From the IMG/VR virus record IMGVR_UViG_3300003541_000003, positions 3,297 through 67,296 of that record: a stretch of DNA of 64,000 bases, one strand, 5' to 3'. This document shows, piece after piece, positions 43,601 to 52,460 of the stretch. Position 1 is the first letter of the stretch. Every line of letters begins with the position of its first letter. The position numbers were made by a program, and so were the translations under genes. The notes under the pieces are model-generated. The model did not search any database. It was not told the DNA's origin and saw only the letters and a program-made list of their open reading frames with translations. This stretch comes from a virus. Lineage: Duplodnaviria; Caudoviricetes.

Positions 43601-44422
43601 ATGAGAAAAATAGCAGTCAACGGAACAAAAGGTAGACTTGGTAGCACCTTGGTTAGACTTTACCCAGGGTGCTACCCTTTGTTTGCTGATATAACAAACA
43701 AGCAAGCTGTCAAGGAAGAATTGGACAGAGTGAAGCCTGATGTGGTGATTCATTGTGCCGCTTTCACAGATGTGGACGCATGTGAGAATCAGCAGACCAA
43801 GACCTTAAATATAAACATGACCGGAGTGAATAATGTGCGGAGCAGTTTTGAAGGACGTATGGTTCTTATTAGCACGGATTATGTCTTTGATGGTAAGAAG
43901 GGCAAATACAAAGAGGATGCCAAACTCAATCCCATAAGCATATACGGAATGAGCAAGTTTGGTGGAGAGGGAGTGCTGGACATTTGGGACAGTCCTGAGG
44001 ACGTAATTATCCGTACCACCCTTCTCTACGGAGCGCAGAGCAAGCCAGATTTTGTGAGTAAACTTCTGGAGCAATTCGCCTCAACCGAAGGAGTTATTCC
44101 TGTAACCAACCGTCTCTATGGTAATCCTACCAATGTAGAGCATCTGGCTATGGGTATCATGGACTTGCTCAGTTTGCCGAAAGCTCCAAGAGTAGTGAAT
44201 ATCGCTGGAACAGATTACATCAATCGCTATGAGTTTGCTCTCATGATAGCGGATGTCTTTGGTCTGGATAAGGAAAGAATCGTTCCAAATCATGCTCCTC
44301 GAAAAGAAGGTGCGCCAAGACCGGAGAAGGCTGGACTAGATTTATCTCTGGCTAAGAAGTTGAAGATACGTCTCTTTCCTATTCATGAAGGATTGCTCTT
44401 GGCGAGGCAACTATGGAATTAG
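43601..44422 (+). CDS. rmlD: RmlD-like NDP-4-keto-sugar reductase
   Basis: GTKGRLG, HCAAFTDVDACE, ISTDYVFDG, YGMSK. Confidence 0.9.
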   Translation: MRKIAVNGTKGRLGSTLVRLYPGCYPLFADITNKQAVKEELDRVKPDVVIHCAAFTDVDACENQQTKTLNINMTGVNNVRSSFEGRMVLISTDYVFDGKKGKYKEDAKLNPISIYGMSKFGGEGVLDIWDSPEDVIIRTTLLYGAQSKPDFVSKLLEQFASTEGVIPVTNRLYGNPTNVEHLAMGIMDLLSLPKAPRVVNIAGTDYINRYEFALMIADVFGLDKERIVPNHAPRKEGAPRPEKAGLDLSLAKKLKIRLFPIHEGLLLARQLWN

Positions 44423-45144
44423 ACCTTTCAGTTATTCTGCTCAACTACAATTCCTCGGAATGGCTATCCAAGAGTTTGCTGGAAGTCATTAATCATGCTC
44501 CAGTTGAGGGAGTGGAAATTATCGTTGTGGATAATGGTTCAACGGATGAGGACTTCCTAGTGATGTTTGAATGGTGGAAGAAATACAAATCCATTCAGCC
44601 TATCCGATTTGTGAAAGCCCCAAAGAATCTCGGATTCTGTGGTGGGATGAATTTTGGAGTTGAGTATGCCAAAGGAAAGAATATCTTTCTTCTGAGCAAC
44701 GATGTCATTGTAAAAAGCAAGAACGTATTTACTGATGTCATTGATATGCTGGAGGGAAATGATAAGCTCCTTCTAGGTGGGCGCATCATTGATTGGGATA
44801 GTGGTTGGAACACCTACCCCAATCAAGGTCATGTCTACACGATTCCCTACTGTGAAGGCTATGCTCTCGCTATGAGCAAGAAAGCGTGGGAGGAGTTGGG
44901 TGGATTCGATGACAAATTTTATCCACATGATTTCGAGGACATGGATTTATCCATGACTGCTATGGAGCATGGGTTTACCCTCGCTCAAATGGACTCAGCA
45001 TATCTGTTCCATAACTGTGCAGGAACGGTGAAGTATGGTGTGGAACGTGAGGCAATCACGCTGAACAATCAAGCCAAGTTTGTAATCAAGTGGTTAGGCA
45101 AATTACCAGAAATGGTGGATAAAGGAGTAATATGCAGAAAATAA
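44413..45144 (+). CDS. Glycosyltransferase family 2
   Basis: SVILLNYN, VVDNGSTD, NLGFCGGMN, LSND, GGFDDKF..FEDMD. Confidence 0.9.
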   Translation: MELDLSVILLNYNSSEWLSKSLLEVINHAPVEGVEIIVVDNGSTDEDFLVMFEWWKKYKSIQPIRFVKAPKNLGFCGGMNFGVEYAKGKNIFLLSNDVIVKSKNVFTDVIDMLEGNDKLLLGGRIIDWDSGWNTYPNQGHVYTIPYCEGYALAMSKKAWEELGGFDDKFYPHDFEDMDLSMTAMEHGFTLAQMDSAYLFHNCAGTVKYGVEREAITLNNQAKFVIKWLGKLPEMVDKGVICRK

Positions 45145-46046
45145 AAGTAGTAATTTCTGGAATATTCTATCCGGTAACAATGATGGAATATTTTATTAGG
45201 GCGTTTGAGCGCAGAGAGGACGTTGAGCTAAAAACGGCTGGTTCGTTCTCTGGAGCATACATTCCTTGGAATGGTGGCATGTACATCAACCAGAAGTACG
45301 TCCGCACTCCAGACATCTGTTTGCCTTTTCCACCTCAACCGACTGACCCAACGTATGTTGAGAAGAAGTTGCCTTGGAAACCTGATTTGTGGATTCAGGT
45401 AGACGCTGGATGGCACTTCTCTCGCAGACCGGAGGCTACGAAATCTGTGGGAATTGCAACTGACCCTCATGTGCTGAATTATGACCCTCTCCGTGCTACT
45501 TCCGATATTTTATTCAATATGCAACTTGTATACAAACAGCCCTCAGATGTATACCTTCCCTATGCGTATGACCCTATGCTCCACAAGCATATCAAGGTGG
45601 AGACAGAATATGATGCTTGCCTAATTGGGTTGCAATACACTCAAAGACAGCAATTGATTGACGCTCTCCGCAGGGACTCTATATCTGTAAATCAGGATAT
45701 TGGAAAGGTCTACGAGGAGTTTGTACTGGCATATAACAAGAGTAAGGTTGCCCTCAACTGGTCGAGTTTGGATGACCTAAACGCTCGAACTTTCGAGGCT
45801 ATGGGAATGGGCATTCCTCTGGTAACGAACCGTGTAACAGACCTAAGCAACTTCTTCGTAGAAGGTGAACACTATCTTGGTTTCAATGACATCCCTGAGG
45901 CGATTATACAGGTGAAGAAAGTTTTAGATAACCCTGAGGAGGCTGAACACATGGCTCGTTCTGCTCATCGAAAAGCAAAAGCTGGGCATACTTACGACAT
46001 TCGAGTATCGCAAATCTTGGATAGGTGTGGTTATGGAAAACTTTAA
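45132..46046 (+). CDS. CgeB/YkvP-like glycosyltransferase (GT-B)
   Basis: YLPYAYDP, YNKSKVALN, LNARTFEAMGMG, HTYDIR. Confidence 0.8.
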   Translation: MQKIKVVISGIFYPVTMMEYFIRAFERREDVELKTAGSFSGAYIPWNGGMYINQKYVRTPDICLPFPPQPTDPTYVEKKLPWKPDLWIQVDAGWHFSRRPEATKSVGIATDPHVLNYDPLRATSDILFNMQLVYKQPSDVYLPYAYDPMLHKHIKVETEYDACLIGLQYTQRQQLIDALRRDSISVNQDIGKVYEEFVLAYNKSKVALNWSSLDDLNARTFEAMGMGIPLVTNRVTDLSNFFVEGEHYLGFNDIPEAIIQVKKVLDNPEEAEHMARSAHRKAKAGHTYDIRVSQILDRCGYGKL

Positions 46047-46350
46047 TATCATTCATAATGCTGGTACTCCTGATAAGGCTAAACTTCCGAATGGACGCTG
46101 GGTTCACCGAGAAGAAAAACTCTTTATCGTAGAGATGAAGAAGTTTGTGATATGCGCTCCCTATGATAATCACTTTATTTATGAAACGAAGATTCCGCAG
46201 ATGGCATCCTTTATGTGTACCTGTGGAGCACCTGCCGTAATCATTGGCTCGAACCAGTATAAACAGGATGCCTCTCCTACTGATACCGGAGAGTTGTTCG
46301 TCTGTTTCTTCCATGCCTCTACTGGCAAGCATGCGGATGGCACTACATGA
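46027..46350 (+). CDS. Hypothetical protein (Cys/His motifs)
   Basis: FMCTCG..VCFFH; inside the GT block. Confidence 0.65.
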   Translation: MVMENFNIIHNAGTPDKAKLPNGRWVHREEKLFIVEMKKFVICAPYDNHFIYETKIPQMASFMCTCGAPAVIIGSNQYKQDASPTDTGELFVCFFHASTGKHADGTT

Positions 46351-46940
46351 AAAGTCCTTGGATGAGGCTAAAGAAAAATTTAGAAATCCTGAGGGATGAC
46401 ATCTATCCTCAACCTATGGACATCGGGCACATGCGCTGGACTGCACGAGCAATCTGCATGATGAAGCCCCATATAGGAGATGTGGGAAATGTGTTGGATG
46501 TTGGCTGTGGAGTTGGCTATGCCGAAAAGTGGTTCAGGAGAATTGGTATAACTGATTATGTAGGAGTGTCTCTTGGGGAGGATGTCTCTGTAGCAGTAAA
46601 CAGGGGTCTATGGGTATATGAGAATGATTTTCATTTCCTTCCTTGGCAGGATGGAGATTTTGACATGATATTCTCTAGGCATTCCTTGGAACACTCTCCT
46701 ATGCCTCTGCTGGCTCTTATGGAGTGGCATCGAGTCTCAAATAAATATCTCGGTCTGGTTCTACCTAATCCCGAACATTGGGGCTGGGCAGGACGAAACC
46801 ACTACAGCGTTATGAATCAGACTCAGATTGAATTTTTACTGGAGGTAGCTGGCTGGGTTGTGGTCATGAAGAATGTAGAAATTCCAGAAGAATTTATCTA
46901 TCTATGTAAAAAGAAATCGGAGGAGAAAATTGAAAATTGA
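46347..46940 (+). CDS. Class I SAM-dependent methyltransferase
   Basis: VLDVGCGVG, DFHFLPW.DGDFD, SRHSLEH. Confidence 0.85.
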   Translation: MKSPWMRLKKNLEILRDDIYPQPMDIGHMRWTARAICMMKPHIGDVGNVLDVGCGVGYAEKWFRRIGITDYVGVSLGEDVSVAVNRGLWVYENDFHFLPWQDGDFDMIFSRHSLEHSPMPLLALMEWHRVSNKYLGLVLPNPEHWGWAGRNHYSVMNQTQIEFLLEVAGWVVVMKNVEIPEEFIYLCKKKSEEKIEN

Positions 46941-47964
46941 TATATTGGCAACACATGGAAGTCCTCTAGGAGTTACTTCTCAGTCTATCTATGGAGAGGA
47001 CGGACGCATGGGAGTAGGTGGAGCAGAGTTAGCTCTCCTGACCATGTGTGAAGGATGGGCACATGCTGGTCATGAGATAACCCTGTATAACAATCCTTCG
47101 CAGGTAGATTCTTTGAAGTTTAACCAGCAACGATTAGCAACATTCAACCCAAAACAGGATAGAGATTTTCTAATCGTCTTTAGAGCACCAACCTCCTTAG
47201 CGGCTGGAGCAAAGGGAAAGCAAATTTGGTGGAGTACCGACCAGTACACAATTGATGATTATGCTGTTTTTGGAAAGCGTGTGGATAAGATTGTGTGTAT
47301 TAGCCCATATCATCAGGAGTATTTTAAGCAACGCTATGGCTTGAATAACACGGTGTCAATTGACCTGCCTGTGAGACAATGGGACTATGAGCAGGAAATT
47401 GAGCGGATTCCTTTCCGGTGTTTATTCTCATCTGTTCCAGATAGAGGTCTGGATAACATGCTTATGCTGTGGAATGACATCAAGGATGCAATTCCAGAAG
47501 CCAGCTTGATGATTACCTCAGACTATAGATTGTGGGGATGCCCCTCACCTGGGAATGAGAGATTTAGGATGAGGTCAATGAACCTCCGAGATGTAACTTT
47601 TGCTGGTGCTCTTTACCGCATAGATTTTGTGAAAGAACAACTCAGAGCAGATGTGCTGACATATCCCTGTACCTATGAGGAGTTGTTCTGCTATGCAGTA
47701 GCCGAGGCAGAGATGGCTGGAGCAATGCCCTTTACAACTACTCTGGGAGCATTGCCTACAACCAATATGGGATACCTATTCAACTTTGCTGAGTTTAGTT
47801 TCAAACGTCATAGAGATTTGTATGTCGCAAATTTGGCAAAATTCTTATATGACAAAGATAAGGAAAAGCAGAGGTCAGAGTTACAAGAAAAAGCCTTTAG
47901 CAGATTTGCTTTGCCGTTTATAATGGAGCAATGGGATAAATTAGTTTTTGAGGAGGATAAATAG
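46930..47964 (+). CDS. Glycosyltransferase family 4-like
   Basis: GVGGAE, SSVPDRGL, YPCTYEELFCYAVAEAEMAG. Confidence 0.85.
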   Translation: MKIDILATHGSPLGVTSQSIYGEDGRMGVGGAELALLTMCEGWAHAGHEITLYNNPSQVDSLKFNQQRLATFNPKQDRDFLIVFRAPTSLAAGAKGKQIWWSTDQYTIDDYAVFGKRVDKIVCISPYHQEYFKQRYGLNNTVSIDLPVRQWDYEQEIERIPFRCLFSSVPDRGLDNMLMLWNDIKDAIPEASLMITSDYRLWGCPSPGNERFRMRSMNLRDVTFAGALYRIDFVKEQLRADVLTYPCTYEELFCYAVAEAEMAGAMPFTTTLGALPTTNMGYLFNFAEFSFKRHRDLYVANLAKFLYDKDKEKQRSELQEKAFSRFALPFIMEQWDKLVFEEDK

Positions 47965-47965
47965 C

Positions 47966-49117
47966 ATGAAATTGATTTACTTTTCGGATTTTGACTTGCA
48001 GGGTTCTGGATACCGGAACATCTCAATTCCCTTATGTGAGGGATTGGCTAAGGATGGTCATGAGGTTAAGGTAGTTGGTCTTGCTTATCACGGAGAGGAA
48101 CATACCTTTCCATTCAGCATGATTCCATGTAGAAATTTTGGAGAGGCTGGAGCAATTATCCATAACCTTCGTGAGTTATGGAATCCAGATGCAATAGTTG
48201 TTGCTGGAGATATTCCTTGGCATCAAACTGTTTTAGCAACGATGAGACAACAGCAATATGGAAAGAGGCTTCCTTATATTGGAATCTTTCCTGTTGAGAG
48301 TGAACCTCTCTGTTTGGATTGGGCTTCTATCCTTATGGAGATGGATGCTCAATTGTGTATCTCTGAATTTGGAACAGAGGAATGCAAGAAGTTGAATGTA
48401 CCTGCCGAGCATCTAATTGTAGGCATAGACACAAAGGCATGGAGAGTGCCAAAGATTTCTGAGAGCAAAGCAATCCGTAAGGCTCTTGGATACAAAGAAG
48501 ATGAGTTTATCGTGCTGACTGTGGCTGATAATCAGGAACGCAAGAACCTCGCTCGTGGCATGGAGGCGATTTCATATTTTCGTAAGAAGTACGGAAAACC
48601 CGTTGTGTATAATCTTGTAACCAGAGAGCACATGCGGATTGGTTGGAAGTTGAGAACCTTTGCCTCTCAGGACGAAGTTGCCATCAATGACATTCTGAGA
48701 ATCTATGAGCGTGGTATGTCTTTTCAAGAGTTGTGGTCTCTGTATGCAATCTCTGATGCGTTCCTACTTCCCAGCCGTTCAGAGGGATTGGGGATGCCAA
48801 TTTTGGAGGCTATGGCATGTGGTGTGCCCTGCGTGGCTACGGATGCCTGTGCAATCCACGACCATCTAAAAGACGGTAGGGGGTATCTTATCAAACCCGA
48901 CTTCGTGTACCCCGATACCTTTGGTAACGGTAATCGGTACATGGTTGGAATTAAGACTACTGGAAACATACTATTGGATTTAGCTACTAAGGGTGCTGTT
49001 CCAGACATGCAGGAGAAGGCTCTCCAATATGTAAAAGACCGCAAGTGGAGTGTTTCTGTAAAGCACCTTATCAATGTAGTCAAGAGAGTTGTGCCAAAGG
49101 AGGATAAAAATGTCTAA
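47966..49117 (+). CDS. Glycosyltransferase family 4
   Basis: VADNQERKNL, LLPSRSEGLGMPILEAMACGVPCVATD. Confidence 0.9.
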   Translation: MKLIYFSDFDLQGSGYRNISIPLCEGLAKDGHEVKVVGLAYHGEEHTFPFSMIPCRNFGEAGAIIHNLRELWNPDAIVVAGDIPWHQTVLATMRQQQYGKRLPYIGIFPVESEPLCLDWASILMEMDAQLCISEFGTEECKKLNVPAEHLIVGIDTKAWRVPKISESKAIRKALGYKEDEFIVLTVADNQERKNLARGMEAISYFRKKYGKPVVYNLVTREHMRIGWKLRTFASQDEVAINDILRIYERGMSFQELWSLYAISDAFLLPSRSEGLGMPILEAMACGVPCVATDACAIHDHLKDGRGYLIKPDFVYPDTFGNGNRYMVGIKTTGNILLDLATKGAVPDMQEKALQYVKDRKWSVSVKHLINVVKRVVPKEDKNV

Positions 49118-49940
49118 ACGAAATAGAGGTAGGTTTGTTGCAAATAGACCAAATCAGATAAAGTTTGTCCAGAATGCAGTTGATGTGGTCATCCCTGTTT
49201 ATGGGGAATTCAATTTCTTGAAGGAATGCTTGGCTAGACTTCCTGAGGCTATGGGAGATGTTCCCTACCATGTATATGTAGTGGATAATGCCAGCCCTAA
49301 TCGTGAGGTTGCTACTGCGTTCTTCGCTGAGAATAAGGTAGAGCGTTTGATTACTCTCAAAAATAATGTAGGCTACCCAGGTGGATGCAACACCGGAGTG
49401 AGGATGGGGAAATCTTCCTACATCCTGATTCTAACCCCCGATGTTTGGTATCAGCCTAATGCCGTAGCAGAGATGTATAAAACTTTGGTCTCTGACCCTA
49501 CCATCGGAATTGTGTGTCCTAAGTTGGTTTTTCCAGAGAATACTCCGCATGGTCGTGCTGGAACGGTGCAACACGCTGGGGTAGATTTCAACATTCGTGC
49601 TGAACCTGTGCATACTTTTATTGGGTGGAATAAAGACCATCCAAAAGTAAATGTTCAAGCGGAAGTGCCAGCCTGTACCGGAGCGAGTTTCCTTACTCGC
49701 AGGTCATTGTGGAATCAGGTTGGAGGATTTTTTGAGGGGTACGGAGTTGGAACATACGAGGACATTGAATACTGCCTGACTATTGGTTCTCTCGGATTCA
49801 GGGTAATATACGAGCCGAAGGCAGAGGCAACTCATCATGTGAATGCTACCAATCAGGCATACCCACTTGGATTGAATTCTCAGATTTTTCAGGTTCGTTG
49901 TGGTTCAATGTTATCATGGACTCAATGGCTTAGATTTTAG
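49110..49940 (+). CDS. Glycosyltransferase family 2
   Basis: DVVIPVY, VVDNAS, NVGYPGGCNTG, CTGASFL, GGFFEGY..EDIEYC. Confidence 0.88.
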   Translation: MSKRNRGRFVANRPNQIKFVQNAVDVVIPVYGEFNFLKECLARLPEAMGDVPYHVYVVDNASPNREVATAFFAENKVERLITLKNNVGYPGGCNTGVRMGKSSYILILTPDVWYQPNAVAEMYKTLVSDPTIGIVCPKLVFPENTPHGRAGTVQHAGVDFNIRAEPVHTFIGWNKDHPKVNVQAEVPACTGASFLTRRSLWNQVGGFFEGYGVGTYEDIEYCLTIGSLGFRVIYEPKAEATHHVNATNQAYPLGLNSQIFQVRCGSMLSWTQWLRF

Positions 49941-49949
49941 GAGGTTATC

Positions 49950-50183
49950 ATGGAAAAAGAAGTAAAACCGAAAGTGGAAGATAAGCATTTTGTACTAGCG
50001 GAGTTTGATGCGTCTGGTGATATAATTGGTTTGAGAATGCAGGGGGTAAGTGTGTTTCAGTTGCTTGGTTTGGCATCGTACCTAGAGGTGCAAGCAAAAG
50101 CTGATTTGATGAAGATGAGAGAAATAGCAGAACAGCAAGCCGAACTTCAATCAACTGTGCCGAAAGGGATACTGAAACCATGA
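49950..50183 (+). CDS. Hypothetical protein
   Basis: GGAGG RBS. Confidence 0.65.
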   Translation: MEKEVKPKVEDKHFVLAEFDASGDIIGLRMQGVSVFQLLGLASYLEVQAKADLMKMREIAEQQAELQSTVPKGILKP

Positions 50184-50857
50184 TTTTTTATCCATACCAC
50201 AATCCAATAATCCTCACCGACTCTCTCTATACGAGTTACGGTGGGTTCACAGGTTCATCCACTCCGAACCAACGGGCGGCGGCATATCTACTTGCTGAGA
50301 TGCAGATGACAGAGCACCTCAGTACCTTCCTGTTGCCCACAACGGTTACAGGCTCGTATTTCTACCCATCCATAGGTTCTCGTCTTATTCTGGAATATGG
50401 TTATCTCTGGTCTGTGAATGGAGTTACCATCCTTGCTCACGAGTGTCCATGTGTAGTGGAAGAATTTGAAGGATGCGCTACGATTTTATCTGATACTTAC
50501 GGAGCGATTGTTATTTCAGATAAAGAGGTTATGTCTTGTGGTGGATGTTGTGGAGAGATGATTGCTCCGTTCTCTGTGGAAGTTTCCTTTACCGCAGGAC
50601 TGCCATCTGGAACATCGTACCAGCCTAATATGTTGCTTGCGTTGACGATGGCGGCAGGTAATAACTTGAAGGAGATTACTGACCCTGGAGCATTGGAGGC
50701 TGGTGCAGGAGACGCAGGTGTGGAAGAATTCCTTGCCGTAAACTATCATGAGATTCGCAAGAGACTTGGCAGGAACATCTTTGGAAACAGTCCGGTGGCG
50801 AACAAGATTGGTATGCTTACCGAGACGCTGAAACATAAGAGGGCATTGAAACTATGA
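50180..50857 (+). CDS. Head-tail adaptor (probable)
   Basis: First of a run of neck-sized genes; Cys cluster. Call based on synteny. Confidence 0.6.
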   Translation: MIFYPYHNPIILTDSLYTSYGGFTGSSTPNQRAAAYLLAEMQMTEHLSTFLLPTTVTGSYFYPSIGSRLILEYGYLWSVNGVTILAHECPCVVEEFEGCATILSDTYGAIVISDKEVMSCGGCCGEMIAPFSVEVSFTAGLPSGTSYQPNMLLALTMAAGNNLKEITDPGALEAGAGDAGVEEFLAVNYHEIRKRLGRNIFGNSPVANKIGMLTETLKHKRALKL

Positions 50858-51231
50858 CAGCAGGATTAAACATCCATGTTCGTTTCTGGAGGATGACTAC
50901 GCCAGTTGATGATGAGATTGGTGGAGCACTTCCTACGGGCACGATTATCTATGATGACATCTCTGCTCGTATAGAGCCCGTAAGACCAGATTACATTTTA
51001 ATCCAACAGGGGATTGAAACTACTAATCTTTATACCTGTGTATGCCGACCTCCTAACCTTGCCATCAAGGAATATGATGAGGTTGAGGTGGTGTTTCCCC
51101 TGAATCATAATCTGATAAATAAGAGAATGTTAGTCCGAAATATACAGGACACAAGTATCCATCCCAGCGATAGTAGAGGGTATCTTATCCTTACGTTGCA
51201 GAGGAAGTTTGATGCTCATGCTCTGGTGTAA
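50854..51231 (+). CDS. Head closure / stopper protein (probable)
   Basis: DDEIGG..ISARIEP..IKEYDEV; synteny. Confidence 0.6.
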   Translation: MTAGLNIHVRFWRMTTPVDDEIGGALPTGTIIYDDISARIEPVRPDYILIQQGIETTNLYTCVCRPPNLAIKEYDEVEVVFPLNHNLINKRMLVRNIQDTSIHPSDSRGYLILTLQRKFDAHALV

Positions 51232-51233
51232 TC

Positions 51234-51773
51234 ATGGCTAGATACGGAGATATTTCTGGCTCTCGTAAAACGGGTTCTGGAATTAAGTTTGAGATAGATG
51301 CCCAAGGCATGACCAGAGAGATTGAAAGAGCCATGCGAGGACTTACAGAAGTTAAAATAGTTAAAGGTATGCAAATTGGACTACGAAATTTTGCTGAATT
51401 AGTAGCACAGGATGTGCGAGAGAACGCTCCTGCTAAACATCTCAGAGAAAATGTTTCTGTAAAAAGTGTAGAAGTTGAAGGAATAGGAAAGTATAAAGTT
51501 AATATTATAGTAGATACTCCAGATGCTCGTGCTTGGGAGTTTGGGTCTGGTGAGCATGCAACTAAAGGAACTCCAAAAAGATACCTGATTAAACCTAAAG
51601 AGGGTAATAAATCATTAAGTTTTTACTGGAAAACTAAAGGTAAATGGGTTGTGCTTCCAAAGGTGCATCATCCTGGGATTGCGGCTAAACCATATCTAGC
51701 TCCTGCAATGAGAAGGAATTTAAGGAGAATCAACGTTCTAATAGCGGAGGGTATAAGAAGTGTTAAATACTAA
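51234..51773 (+). CDS. HK97 gp10-like tail completion protein
   Basis: AWEFGSG..HHPGIAAKPYLAPAM. Confidence 0.8.
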   Translation: MARYGDISGSRKTGSGIKFEIDAQGMTREIERAMRGLTEVKIVKGMQIGLRNFAELVAQDVRENAPAKHLRENVSVKSVEVEGIGKYKVNIIVDTPDARAWEFGSGEHATKGTPKRYLIKPKEGNKSLSFYWKTKGKWVVLPKVHHPGIAAKPYLAPAMRRNLRRINVLIAEGIRSVKY

Positions 51774-52176
51774 TTCTATTCAAGAAGCTCTTGTGAAATA
51801 TCTAAAAGCAGATGCAATTTTAGTTGCTATGCTTTCTAGCTCTGGGGAGATTAAAGAAGATAACTGGCAGGGAGTAGCTTTTAAATATCCTGCTGTGCGT
51901 GTAGATATACGAAATCAAGATACTGGAACTGAGAATAGCTGTGCCTATTCTTTGGTATCTTTTGCCGTACTATGCTATAGTGAACAGAAGTCCAGCAAAG
52001 AAGCCAATAACATAGCATGGCGTGTTTTGGAAATATTCCATAATCATTCTTTTTCTTATAATGGAATATATTTTTCACGGGTTAGAAATATGGGTCTGAT
52101 TCCAGCACAACGAAAGGATGACACAACATGGGTAGCAGAAGTGAATCTCGAAAGCCGTATGCAATTATCAATATAG
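51760..52176 (+). CDS. Tail terminator (DUF3168/gp17-like)
   Basis: IQEALVKYLKAD..YPAVRV; sits before the tail tube gene. Confidence 0.7.
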   Translation: MLNTNSIQEALVKYLKADAILVAMLSSSGEIKEDNWQGVAFKYPAVRVDIRNQDTGTENSCAYSLVSFAVLCYSEQKSSKEANNIAWRVLEIFHNHSFSYNGIYFSRVRNMGLIPAQRKDDTTWVAEVNLESRMQLSI

Positions 52177-52460
52177 AGGATGACTTGCCTGTTGTTGAAA
52201 CGGACAAATCGGACTATAATAGTCAAGAAACCGACTCTAGCGTGGATGAGGTTTATACCGTAACATCCATGAGAGCCGCCCGATTGATTGTAGAAATCCC
52301 TGGCGGGAGGACACTAACATTCGATGGGGCTGGGTCTGAGGTAAAGGTTTCTTTGAAAGAGGCTGAGTTTTTGCTCAGTCTAAAACGAGGACGAGCATGC
52401 TGTGGCGGTCAGCAAGGAAGTCCACTATTCACTTTAGTAGGAGGTAAATTATGGGTCTAG
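52128..52460 (+). CDS. Small protein with CCGG motif
   Basis: EAEFLLSLKRGRACCGG..LF; AAAGGA RBS. Confidence 0.6.
   Translation: MGSRSESRKPYAIINIEDDLPVVETDKSDYNSQETDSSVDEVYTVTSMRAARLIVEIPGGRTLTFDGAGSEVKVSLKEAEFLLSLKRGRACCGGQQGSPLFTLVGGKLWV

Larger units (their letters stand above)
747..47359. repeat. Dispersed palindrome TRACACSGTGTYA, 10 copies (operator-like)
   Basis: 15-mers start at 747, 7262, 12205, 21506, 27159, 29577, 31316, 32059, 41118 and 47345. Confidence 0.9.
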
